This document shows, one piece after another, positions 52,301-62,845 of a stretch of DNA of 64,000 bases (the stretch's first letter is position 1; every line of letters begins with the position of its first letter). The notes beneath the pieces are model-generated. The model worked only from the letters and a program-made list of their open reading frames with translations, made no database searches and was not told the DNA's origin. The translations under genes were made by a program, and so were the position numbers. This stretch comes from Heteronotia binoei (taxonomy: Eukaryota), in contig NC_083223.1 in the NCBI RefSeq assembly GCF_032191835.1, positions 34,596,001 through 34,660,000 of the forward strand, in the 5' to 3' direction.

Positions 52301-52796
52301 GGCAGCTCTTTGGGTCCCCATTCCTTCCGCCAGTGGTGGTGCTCACACCGCCAGTCCGGAAAGCGCACGATTTGTGCTTCCCATTGTATATCTGGCTGGT
52401 GCCTCGCTAACCACCCCGCCCCCACCACCACATCAAATGAGGAGGAGGGCGCTACTACGAACACCTCTATCCCCCAGTGATCCTTGGTCCCTATCGGCAC
52501 CGCCTGGGTCTCCTCAGTGCATGGTTTCCCTTTCATCACTGACCCGTCCATTTGTTCGAACTGGATCGGGTGGGGCAGGGGGGATTTGGCTAGCCCGAGG
52601 GCCTCTACTAAGCGGGGGGTGATGATGTCCCTAGTGCACCCTGAGTCAATTAGGGCTCGGGTGTGCATAAAGCGCTTCAGGCTGGGGTTCAATAAAGTCA
52701 CTGCCATAAATAAAAGTTCCCCGGTAACTCTCACCGTCATCGGTGCCGGCGTTTCCCGGACCTGCTTTGCAGCACCTATTAAAGCAGGTCGCTGTC
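49330..52796 (-). pseudogene. pol: protease (LIDSG), RT (YPDD, mutated from YLDD), RNase H (DAS), integrase (HHCC, DDE) and chromodomain
   Basis: ORF track segments 51469-52740, 50920-51393, 49878-50915, 49524-49850 and 49330-49527, separated by TGA stops and homopolymer frameshifts. Confidence 0.95.
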
Positions 52797-52803
52797 GTTT
52801 CCC
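52742..52803 (-). promoter_or_regulatory. -1 programmed ribosomal frameshift signal
   Basis: GGGAAAC (52797-52803), 6-nt spacer, stem GACCTGCTTT/AAAGCAGGTC, loop GGTGCTG pairing with CGGCACC; the -1 frame runs into the pol ORF. Confidence 0.85.
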
Positions 52804-54082
52804 GCCGACTTGGGGTCCTACGACTCCTCACTCGACTCCGCGATGCTTATAGTTTCGTCATCTATCGCCATGGATGTGGCGACGGCACCCCGACTGGGCT
52901 CTTTGGCGCGTCCTCCTCCCTTCTTCGGGGTGCCCGCGAACGGCTTGGGCGGCGGGGTGGCTGGCGGCGGCTTCGCGGGGAAGTTGGCGGCTAGGTGCCC
53001 CGGATCTCCACACCTGAAGAAGAAGAAGAAGAAGAAGAAGAAGATATTGGATTTATATCCCGCCCTCCACTCCGAAGAGTCTCAGAGCGGCTCACAATCT
53101 CCTTTACCTTCCTCCCCCACAACAAACACCCTGTGAGGTGGGTGGGGCTGGAGAGGACTCTCACAGCAGCTGCCCTTTCAAGGACAACCTCTGCCAGAGC
53201 TATGGCTGACCCAAGGCCATGCTAGCAGGTGCAAGTGGAGGAGTGGGGAATCAAACCCGGTTCTCCCAGATAAGAGTCCGCACACTTAACCACTACACCA
53301 AACTGGCTCTCCTGCTGGTCCCGAAGCATCTCCTGCTGGTCCCAATCGGGGTAGAGGTTGCGGGTGGTTTTTTCCCCTCTGGCTTGGGTGCCGGGAGGGC
53401 TGGCCTTCCCCTCTTCTTCCCCAGTTGCTGCTGGAGGCGCATTCCGACATGTTGCAGGTTAGTCTCCACTTCTCCTGCCAACTGAATCCAACCCACCAGG
53501 GTATTGGATCTCCCTTGGTGGTAACATCTATCTAATATGTTTGCGTTCAGGCCATTCTTGAACGCCGTGTACTTCATCAGTTCGCTCCAACCCCTCACCG
53601 CAGCACAGTGGGCCATGAACTTGGTGGCGTACTCTCGGGTGGTGCGGTTCCCCTGCTCGATCCTCTGGAGGGCTTCGATGGCCTTTTCCTCTCGCAGGGG
53701 GCCCCCGTACTGCCGTAGCATTGCTTGGAGGAACTCTGCTACCGTGGCCAGCTCAGGTTTTCACCCCGTGTATAACCCCACGTACCATTTTCTCGCGGCC
53801 CCCTTGAGTTTGGATGCGATGTGATCCACTCGGCTTGCTTCCGTCGGGTAGCTTGCTCCCCAGTGCATGAAGAAACTGTTGCACTGGATGGTGAAGTACT
53901 CCACCTCGTCTCCATCTCCGTCGAACGTAATCTGCAGTTCGCGGACCCTCCCGCCGTCGCCTCCTCCCGGTGCCGCAGGCGCTGCAAGGCGGCGGCCCGG
54001 CTGGGGGCGGCTGGGGTGGGGCTACGGGGCCCGGCGCTGGTGGAGGGACCGCCGGTGTGGCCGGGGCTGCGGGTGCGGCCGG
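52779..54082 (-). pseudogene. gag, 5'-truncated, one TGA stop, zinc knuckle split by a SINE
   Basis: FDGDGDEVEYF...SKLKGAARKWY...REYATKF...LVGWIQLAGEVE...CF|RCGDPGHLAANF...SAGNDSDLL*. Confidence 0.9.
53016..53311 (-). mobile_element. Young Squam3-like SINE inside gag
   Basis: Same family as 23633-23917 but with CpGs retained; (CTT)9 tail. Confidence 0.95.
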
Positions 54083-54440
54083 GGCTGAAGGTACAGGATA
54101 ACACTGATACCGAAAGCTAGCATTAGTTACATTTTATGCGGTTATGGCAACAACAATAAAACAATCTTTCACACGGCCAGAGACAACTGTCTGTTTCTCA
54201 GGGTCTGTTATCAGCAAGGGAGGATGAAGTCCTGCTGAGAAGGCCTGGCCGGCTCGGCTTCAAAGGGGCACCTGCAGATGTTGACCAGAGGCTATCTGTC
54301 ACCCGCCAGTGATCACAGTTTGTTTGAAATGCATAGGAATTTTGGTTAGTGGCCTACAGCAGGGTACACTGGGTTAGTATCTGGTTACAACATGGAGTCA
54401 GTCCGGCTAACAGCACACAGGAAAGTTACAAGTTCTGACA
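54083..54440 (-). repeat. 5' LTR, truncated (358 bp; 75 bp of the U5 end missing)
   Basis: Matches 48961-49318 with no differences found by eye. Confidence 0.95.
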
Positions 54441-54445
54441 ATCTC

Positions 54446-56199
54446 TTCAAGAAAATTGGAGATATCAAGACAACGTTTCATGCAAAGATGGCCAGGATAA
54501 AGGACAAAACCGGTAGGGACCTAACAGAAGCAGAAAAGATGAGGAAGAGGTGGCAAGAATACATAGAAGAATTGTACAAGAAGGACCTCAATGTCCTTGA
54601 CAACCATGACAGTGAAATCGCTGACCCTGAGCCAGACATCCTGGAGTATGAAGTCAAATGGGCCTTAGAAAGCATTACTAACAACAAAGCGAGCGGGATG
54701 ACGGTATCCCAGTTGAGCTATTCAAAGTCCTAAAAGATGATGCTGTTAAAGTGATGCACACATTATGTCAACAAATTTGGAAAATGCAACAGTGGCCACA
54801 GGATTGGAAAAGGTCAGTTTATATCCCAATCCCAAAGAAGGGTAATGCCAAGGAATGTTCAAACTATTGCACCACTGCACTCATTTCACATGCCAGTAAG
54901 ATCATATTAAAGATCCTACAAGCTAGGCTTCAGCAGTACGTAGATCAGAAACTACCAGAAGTTCAAGCTGGGTTTCGTAGTGGTAGAGGAACTAGAGATC
55001 AAATTGCCAATATTCGCTGGATTATGGAGAAAGCATGGGAGTATCAGAAAAATGTCTATTTCTGTTTCATTGACTACACTAAAGCCTTTGATTGTGTGGA
55101 TCACAACAAACTGTGGTAAGTCCTTAAAGAAATGGGAGTACCAGACCACCACATGTCTCCTGAGAAACCTGTATAAGGGTCAAGAAGCAACTGTCAGAAT
55201 GGGATATGGAACAACTGACTGGTTTAGAATAGGTAAAGGAGTTCGACAAGGATGTATATTGTCAACCTGCTTATTTAATTTATATGCAGAGTACATCATG
55301 CGGAATGCTGGCCTGGATGAAGCAGAAGCAGGCATGATGGGGAAAACATCAACAACCTCAGATATGCAGATGATACCACTTTATGCCATTAGAACCTCTT
55401 GTTGAGAGTGAAAGAGGAGAGCACAAAAGTAGGCTTGAAACTCAATATCAAAAAACCTAAGATCATGAAATCCGACCCCATCACACAATGGCAAACAGAA
55501 GGGGAAGACATGGAAGTAGTGACAGACTTCACATTTCTGGGATCCAAGATCACTGCAGATGGTGACTGCAGCCATGAAATTAAAAGACGTTTGCTCCTTT
55601 GGAGGACAGCTATGGCGAACCTGGGCAGTATAATAAAAAGTAGAGACATCACCTTGCCAACAAAAATCTGTATAGTCAAAGCAATCGAATTCCCAGCAGT
55701 AATGTATGGCTATGAGAGCTGGACCATAAGGAAGGCCGAGCGCAGAAGAATAGATGCTTTTGAGCTGTGGTGCTGGAGAAGAATCTTGAGAGTCCCTTGG
55801 ACTGCAAGAAGATCAAATCAGTCAGTCCTAAGGGAAATCAACCCAGACTGTTCCCAGGAAGGTCAGATGCTGAAGCTGAAGCTCAAATACTTTGGCCACC
55901 AAATGAGAAGGGAGCACTCCCTGGAGAAGATCCTGATGCTGGGAAAGACAGAAGGCAAAAGAAGAAAGGGACGGCAAAAGATGAGATGGCTGGACAGCGT
56001 TACTGATGTAACAAATACAAATTTGAGCAGACTTCGGAGGATGGTGGAAGACAGGAGGCCCTGGCGTGACTTTGTCCATGGGGTTACTGATGTAACAAAC
56101 ACAAATTTGAGCAGACTTCGGAGGATGGTGGAAGACAGGAGGGCCTGGCGTGACTTTGTCCATGGGGTCGCAAAGAGTCGGACTCGACTGTGCGACTGA
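54446..56199 (+). pseudogene. Bov-B ORF, C-terminal part (RT), with frameshifts and a deletion near 55330-55400
   Basis: ORF track segments 54751-55119, 54980-55405 and 55399-56199. Confidence 0.9.
55999..56166 (+). repeat. 84-bp in-frame tandem duplication at the Bov-B 3' end
   Basis: Units 55999-56082 and 56083-56166; two substitutions. Confidence 0.92.
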
Positions 56200-56369
56200 A
56201 CAACAACAAAAATGAATATCCTACAATTTGTTTAAGCAGAAAACAACCAAGCTGCCCCACAGAGGAAAGATGCTGTATATCTGGCATCCCTAGGAAGTGC
56301 TCTCACACCACCCTCGGCAGTCAGTTACAGATAAAAGAGATCAATACACTGGGTCAGTCCTTCTGCATA

Positions 56370-56575
56370 AATGGTTGGACTAGAATCCAGGAGGTCAGGG
56401 TTCAAATCTCCACTCTGCCATGGAACTTCACTGGGAGATCTTGGGCAAATCACACTGACTCAGCCTAATGCCTTACCTTACATAGTCTTATGAGGATAAA
56501 ATGTGGAGGAGAGGAGAATGAGGTTTCAAGCCACTTTGGGCCTCAGCAAGGCTTCTGGAGAATAGCGGGATATCT
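56370..56575 (+). mobile_element. Old tRNA-derived (Squam3-like) SINE
   Basis: GGTTCAAATCTCCACTCTGCCATGGAA...GTGAGGATAAAATG-type body. Confidence 0.55.
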
Positions 56576-57689
56576 AAGTTAACTTGCCATTAGAAGTCAT
56601 TGCAGAAGAAGGGAGAGGGGGCTGCCTAATATCCCACATACATTCCCATCCCCAAACAATACCCCTCAAGATTTGTAGATTGCCCCTAAAAGGAGGAGTG
56701 AGTCTATTAAGAACCACTGCTCAGTGCTCACTCTCCTCCTTCCCATGGCTCATCCGATCCTGTTAAGCACCAGCATTGTACTCTCTTGAGGTTTACAGTG
56801 TTTATCTTGTTTTTCCAGCTCTAAAGAGGATATAAATTAACCTTGTTAAGGTGATTATTTCCCACACATTCGACAAGACTGCTTGTGTTGACCACTTTTG
56901 ATGCCGAATGTAAAAAAAAAAAAAATGCACTCAAGTTTTTAGGATAAAAAAGTGTACTGTAACTGCTCTCCCCACCCCCCCGGAAACTGCCCCTGCAAAT
57001 CAGTCACTTACACCTCCTGAACATTTTCATAGCGTGCAGTTGATGGAAGGTACTGATGGAAGGACTTTCAGAGGAGAGCATCTAGAATTCAGAAGACAGT
57101 TGCAGTTTAAATGATAACACTCTTGAGAAAACAAATTCTTGCAGCCAAAATAAGTGCTACTACCAAACGTCATTTCCTCCCACCCCAGTACTTTGCAACT
57201 CACTGCCGTGAAATGGATATTAAAAGTCTGTCACCCATGTACATGAGTGGAGAATTCCAGTTCAGTAGTGTTCTAGTCAGGGCCGGCTCACCCACTAGGC
57301 ATAGCTGAGGGTATCCCCAAAGACATGAAGATTCCTACCTTGTCTGTAGGAGGCTTGGTTTTGCTGCTCTTCTGGTTTGCATGGTGTCCAACAACTTCAC
57401 TATTCATATAGTCAGAACTTTTTTTTGAGCAGGAACACACAGGAATGCAGTTCTGGCTGGCTTGGTGTCAAGGGGTGTGGCCTAATATGCAAATGAGTTC
57501 CTGCTGGACTTTTTCTTTTAAAAAGATATAATAATTATTTCCCTCCTTTATTTCCTCCACTATTTGTTTTTGTCTGCAGGATGCATCTAATGATGCTGTA
57601 ACGTGATGGTGCCATTCTTACAAGCAACAGCCTGTCATGTGGCTGAATTATCAATACTTAGTCAAACAGCTCAGTAGAAACAGAAACAG

Positions 57690-58158
57690 TGTCAAGCGCG
57701 CTCATTTCTGGACTGCATTTTTTCTAAGCAGAGAGCAGGTCATCAGCTCTCCATCTCTCCCCCCTTATTTACAGCCAGTGGGCAAGTAGTAAACCATCTG
57801 GCCCTGAGATGTTTATGTTACAGACTGGCTGTTAGTACCTTCACGTCGCCTCTCCCACGGTTTCACACAGACGGTCCTTATCTCTCCCCAAAGAAGTGTG
57901 AGAAAGTTTGATGTTTCCAATAGACTAAAATTCCTTAGTAATAAAATAGATAGTTGCTTAGTAAACTTTAAACCCATGACTCAAGTATGCATCTACAGTG
58001 TAACCTTTGATGATATCCTATATAGCAAATGTGTAACTGTTTGTACTCCATTACTCCCAAGGCTTGTGTCCTTGGTACAGCTCCTGAGTTTCTAACAATA
58101 AACCTACTTTTGATTCAAAACAAAGGACTTGGTTATTGAGAAATATCGGCGCTTGACA
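57690..58158 (+). mobile_element. Solo LTR of a second LTR family (469 bp)
   Basis: TGTCAAGCGC...GCGCTTGACA TIR; perfect 5-bp TSD AACAG (57685-57689 and 58159-58163); AATAAA at about 58097. Confidence 0.88.
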
Positions 58159-58849
58159 AACAGCTCACATATAACTTTTTTTCTCCCACTCAGTTACCAT
58201 TTCCTAGCCAGTTGAGAATAAAGTGAAGGTCAGCCATTTCCTTGCATGAGAGAAGTAAGTTTAACTCAATAATTTAGCAGATGTCCATGAACAGCAGGTG
58301 GTCCAGTGAACTTCAATGCAGATTAGCCTTAGTGTTAACCAGAAACTCATTAGTCACCAACAAGATTGCAAAACTACCTTTTAAACTGCATCTTCTCCCT
58401 TCCAAACACTAGGAATTATATCCCCATATGCAGCAAAACATGATTTTACTTTAATTGTTTCAGCTGCTCCATGTAAAAAAGCAAACATAACAATGGTTTA
58501 TGTTCCTACCATGTGTGTTTACTTTAAAAAGACACATAATAGAAAGAAGCAGGCATTTGCCATAAGCTGGAGAAGCATTTTGGCTAATTGTTACTAAAGT
58601 GAGGTCACATCTGTAGCAAATGTGTAGTATTGCCTTTAAAACATGAGCACATCGAAGGCAATGACAAACCCTGTGGGGGCTGGATACGGCCTGTGGACCA
58701 CATATTTGACACCCCTGCTTTAGATGAGTGATGACTAATATATAATATTATATATTACCATTTAGATTAGCAGTAAATTATTATATTATTATTGTTATTA
58801 TTATTATTAGTCACAATCATATGACTGTCATTTGACTGTGACAAACAAC

Positions 58850-59078
58850 AACAACATTTGGTGGTGATGGTGGTTGAAAATGCCATCAAGTCACAGGTGA
58901 CTATTGGTGACTCTATGGGTTTTTCAAGGCAAGAGATATTCAGAGGCTATTGCCTGCCTCCACATCACAATCCTAGTTTTCCTTGGAGGTCTGCCATCCA
59001 TATACTAGCCAGGGGCAACCTTGCTTAGCTTCCAAGATGTGATGAAATCAGGCTAGCCTGGGCTATCCAGGTCAGGAT
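58850..59078 (-). mobile_element. 5S-derived SINE with Bov-B-type tail
   Basis: Minus strand CTTGGAAGCTAAGCAAGG...CTGGCTAGTATATGGATGGCAGACC (5S boxes A and C). Confidence 0.78.
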
Positions 59079-59259
59079 CTGATAATATATTTACTCAGGA
59101 CCCTTTTTTTGTAGAAAAAGCCCAGCAGGAACTCATTTGCATTTTAGGCCACATCCCTGACACCAAGCCAGCCAGAACTGCATTCCTGTGTGTTCCTGCT
59201 TTTTTAAAAAAGCCCTGTATTTACTTCATTTATATTCTGCCTTCTCAGGTAGGATGCAA

Positions 59260-59400
59260 ATCAACTGACTGTGAGGTTGGTTAGGCTGACTTAGAGTATG
59301 TGATTGGCCCAAGGTCTCCCAGCTAGCCTCCATATAGTGAGGAATGAAATTTAGGTCTCTCAGATGCAAGCCTGAAACACTAACCACTCGACCACAATGG
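59260..59400 (-). mobile_element. Old tRNA-derived SINE fragment
   Basis: Reverse complement GTGGTCGAGTGGTTAGTGTTTCAGGCTTG...; GACCTTGGGCCAATCACA. Confidence 0.6.
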
Positions 59401-59662
59401 CTTGCTGGTGGTGTAAACGTTTGCAGTCTATCAATCTTAAGAACCTGCAAGCTAAGAGGAGCTCTTAGAAAGGGATATATGCTACCTTACCTCTATCTCT
59501 GTAGCTTGTGAAAGGCTGTTCATAAGGGTCTCAAGTCCCTTTATTTACAGGTCCCAAGACCTTTATTTAGTACATTAAATGGGTCCCAAGTCCCTTTATT
59601 TACTATGGAGCCAGAGTTGGTAGCAACAGGAAAAGATAATGTAGTCGAAGTAATCAATTCAT

Positions 59663-59759
59663 TGTCAAGCGCCAATATTTCCCAATAACAGAGTTCTTTT
59701 GTTTTGAATCAAAAGATAGGTTTATTGTAAGAAACTCAGGAGCTTTGCCAAGGACACAA
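59663..59759 (-). repeat. Inverted 3' tip of the 57690-58158 LTR family
   Basis: Reverse complement matches about 58063-58158, down to the terminal TTGACA. Confidence 0.85.
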
Positions 59760-59772
59760 CAATGCTACTTTC

Positions 59773-60545
59773 ATGGCCCAAGAGGTGAGGAGGCAGTTAG
59801 AGCAGTTAGAGCAAGCGCTGCAGTCATCGGGCCTGAGAGGGAGGCAGCTACCTCTGCCCACCCCCCCCTCCAGTATTACAACAACCTATGCTACCGCAGC
59901 CACCACCACTGCCACGAGGCTACGGAAGAGGCCGCGAGCTAGATGCCACCTTTGATGGGGATCCTGAAGAGGTGGAGTACTTCTCTATCCAAGCCAATAG
60001 TTTTATGTACTATTGGGGAAACACCTTCCCAGATGAATTCAGCAGAGTGGATTATTTAGGCTCGAAACTAAAAGGAGTGGCCAAACGATGGTATTTGAGT
60101 CTGACGAGACCAGAAGCCCTGAATTAGACAACGTGGCAGCGTTTTTACAAGCCCTGCTGACCCAGTATGAAGTTCCGCTACAGGAGACCCGAGCCCTTAC
60201 CACCCTGCGGGATCTACAAGAAGGGTCTAAGGCCGTTCGAGAATACGCGGCCGAGTTTCGCGCGAATGCAGCCAAAGTGTGTGGGTGGAACAAGCAGATG
60301 AAGATAGAGCAGTTCCAGAGAGGCCTGAACGCGAACGTGTTGGATCAAGCCCTCCAACAGGCTCGCCCCACCACGTTGGTGGGGTGGGTGCAACTGGCCG
60401 GTGAAGTAGAAACTAATATGAAGAGAGTGACTCTCCAGCGCCAACAGCAGCAAGGGGGGAAGGGGGGACGTGAGTCTCGGCCGGGGGCAAAAGCAGAGGG
60501 ATGGAAAGCAAACCAAGGGGGGGGGGAAGGGGGGGGGAAGCAAAT
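59773..60545 (+). pseudogene. Second Gypsy gag remnant (at least two frameshifts, truncated before the zinc knuckle)
   Basis: TFDGDPEEVEYF...SKLKGVAKRWY...REYAAEF...LVGWVQLAGEVE, homologous to the gag at 53300-53960. Confidence 0.9.
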
Positions 60546-60548
60546 AAG

Positions 60549-60733
60549 AACCCATGACTCAAAATGCATCTGTATGTTATCCTTTGAACTAATCCTATAT
60601 AGTAACAGTATATCATGTATATGTCATTACTTCCAAGGATTCTGTCCTTGGTAAAGCTTCAGAGTTTCTACAATAAGGCAACTTTTGATTTTACAACAAA
60701 AGACTGATTATTGAGAAATATTGATGCTTGACA
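60549..60733 (+). repeat. 3' half of an LTR of the 57690-58158 family
   Basis: AACCCATGACTCAA...TTATTGAGAAATATTGATGCTTGACA. Confidence 0.82.
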
Positions 60734-62845
60734 GAGGGGAGGCAGCTTGGAGGTACCAGCGGCCAGCCTCTAGTATAAACATCCCAGGGCCAGATGTTTT
60801 CGCTGCGTGCCCTCTGGATTGTAAATAATGGGGGAGAGCTGGTGACATGCTCTCTACATAGTAAAATGTGGTTCAGAAATGAGTGCGTTTGACATAAAGC
60901 TTTATTGGCTCCTTTTAGCTAGCTAATGAATAAAGGTGCCCTTATGTATGCTTTGCTCAAACCTGATTAATTATCTTGGCAAAATTTGCTTTATCCACAT
61001 ACCAATCACCTGTGGTTAAACTAATCCCTGAGCATTTAATTTTGCTTGTTGCCTATTAAAAGAAAAGATACAGTATTGGCCATTATATTTTGCATGTGTG
61101 TGTCAGTTATTGTCAAAGACAATTATGTACTGGAGCCACCATGATTTAACAGTCAGCGCAGTGATCCTCAACATGGAATACATAGAGGAGTTCTTGGCAC
61201 CCATCTGCTCCTTCTCAAAAACAACTTTTTCCTGAACCAATAGTCAGTCTTGGCTTTTTACCATCTCAGTGGAGCAGAAGATGCTTCAGCAGAACCCAGA
61301 AGACATTTTCTTTACATCTAAAGGCAGCATCCATTCTGAAACAGCTTACCTCCATTATAGAAGGACATTTGACTTGCAATGTCTCAACATTATATGATTG
61401 GACTCAGTACCCTGTGACAACCATTTTATGGTAGCACCCACTCATTCTCAAAATTCCCAAAGTGCACACAGGTTCGACAAAATTGAGGGTGATCCAGCAT
61501 CAGATCCCAATTCAGCCTTGGGAAGTGGTAAACTTCCAGCCTAATCTACCTCACAGGATTGTTGTGAGGATACAAAGGGACTAGGGGAGAGGCATGTACA
61601 TCACCCTAAGCTTCTACGAAGAAGAGTGGGATAGAAAGTTGAGAGATGCAATGCACAGATCTAAGAATTCAGAGATATCTATAGTTAGACAGACACCTTA
61701 TAGTTATTATATACACAAATATTATACCGACCTATCCATCCCAAGCTGACATTTAAAAGAGGCAAACTCTCTAATTCAGGTCACACATGTTTAAATTTTG
61801 ACACTCTGAAGAGCAGGATCTTATATGCATACTGTGCTATTTTATGGCTGCCACACTCGTGCTTTTAATTAGCACTCATTGTCTCACTACTTGGCTGAAT
61901 GGTTTTACAGCTAACATGAGAAAAAGGTAGGATGAGGAAACCCCTCGTCCAATACATCAAATTAATTAGAAGAGGGGGAAGCATGACTTTGCTGGTGACT
62001 TTTTGAGAAATAAAACCTCCTGAAACCAATCTCAGCCTAGTGTTAAAGAGTATTGCCAAAATAATACTAAAAAGCTCATTATTATTTTACCCTCATTATC
62101 CTTACCTTAAGGATTCAGTGCAAAGTCAAGCGTTGCAATCCTAGATCAAAATTGCTAAACCACACTATTTATTTTTAGACATTTGAGAAACTTGTGGTAT
62201 AATTTATTCCTCATGTGTAGGACTCAGAATGATCTCATGGGCCAAGACTTTTTGGGTTCACTGATAAAGACTACCAAATGAAGAATAGTTTAAAATATGA
62301 AGAGTAATTAAAACATACTATTTAGCATGTTTTAAATGTTAGCAAGATTTTAGGAAATAATTCAGTACGGCAAACAGAAAGTTGACCTCAGTACAGTTGA
62401 CTGCAACAGCAAGATTGGCTAAAAGCATTAACTTGCTATAGGTTTTTCAACAGCAAAGAGACGTTTAAGATATAAGAACTTGCTTGCAGGTAGAGGGAAG
62501 CACAGCAAAAGTGGGGTGGAGGGAAGAAGGGAAGCCTTCATTGGCTCTGAGTGGTGGGACAAATACCCTACAGCTCCCCCTAGAGTTGAAATGGACTAAA
62601 CACAACTTGTGTTTTTACATTAAGGTAACTATTCACTTGCTGTTGCCTTCCTGATGCTAACGTCTGCTCTGGAATTAAAGTCATGTGATATTAAAGCAAG
62701 TTCTTAAACCATTAGTTCCCTAACACTTCTAGATAACATCAAATGTCTCAAAAGTACAATTGCTATAGGAAAGGCTGTCCCTTTAGTAGGCACCCAGTGG
62801 TTGGTACCCAGCTGGAGGTGCAGGAGGCAGAGACAGGGGGGGAGT

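Larger units (their letters stand above)
48886..54440 (-). mobile_element. Ty3/Gypsy chromovirus-type LTR retrotransposon
   Basis: TG...CA ends; 5-bp TSD ATCTC (48881-48885 and 54441-54445); order gag-PR-RT-RH-IN-chromodomain; PPT at about 49319-49330. Confidence 0.97.
47381..56211 (+). mobile_element. Full-length Bov-B (RTE) LINE, about 3.27 kb without the insert, split by the Gypsy element
   Basis: APE domain (GTWSVRSMNQGKL...GDWNAKVG) and RT (QAGFRSGRGTRDQI, FIDYTKAFD, GVRQGCILS); (CAA)n tail; 11-bp TSD ATGAATATCCT (47370-47380 and 56212-56222); reading resumes RDL|FKKIGD across the insert. Confidence 0.97.

Noticed and set aside
50164-53136. Plus-strand ORFs inside the Gypsy element
   Set aside because: Antisense shadows of the GC-rich pol and gag frames
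55999-56166. CRISPR-like repeat array
   Set aside because: Two adjacent units with no spacers, inside a eukaryotic LINE; no CRISPR exists in this window
59773-60654. Domesticated gag gene (PEG10/RTL-like)
   Set aside because: At least two frameshifts, truncation and adjacent LTR fragments indicate a decaying element
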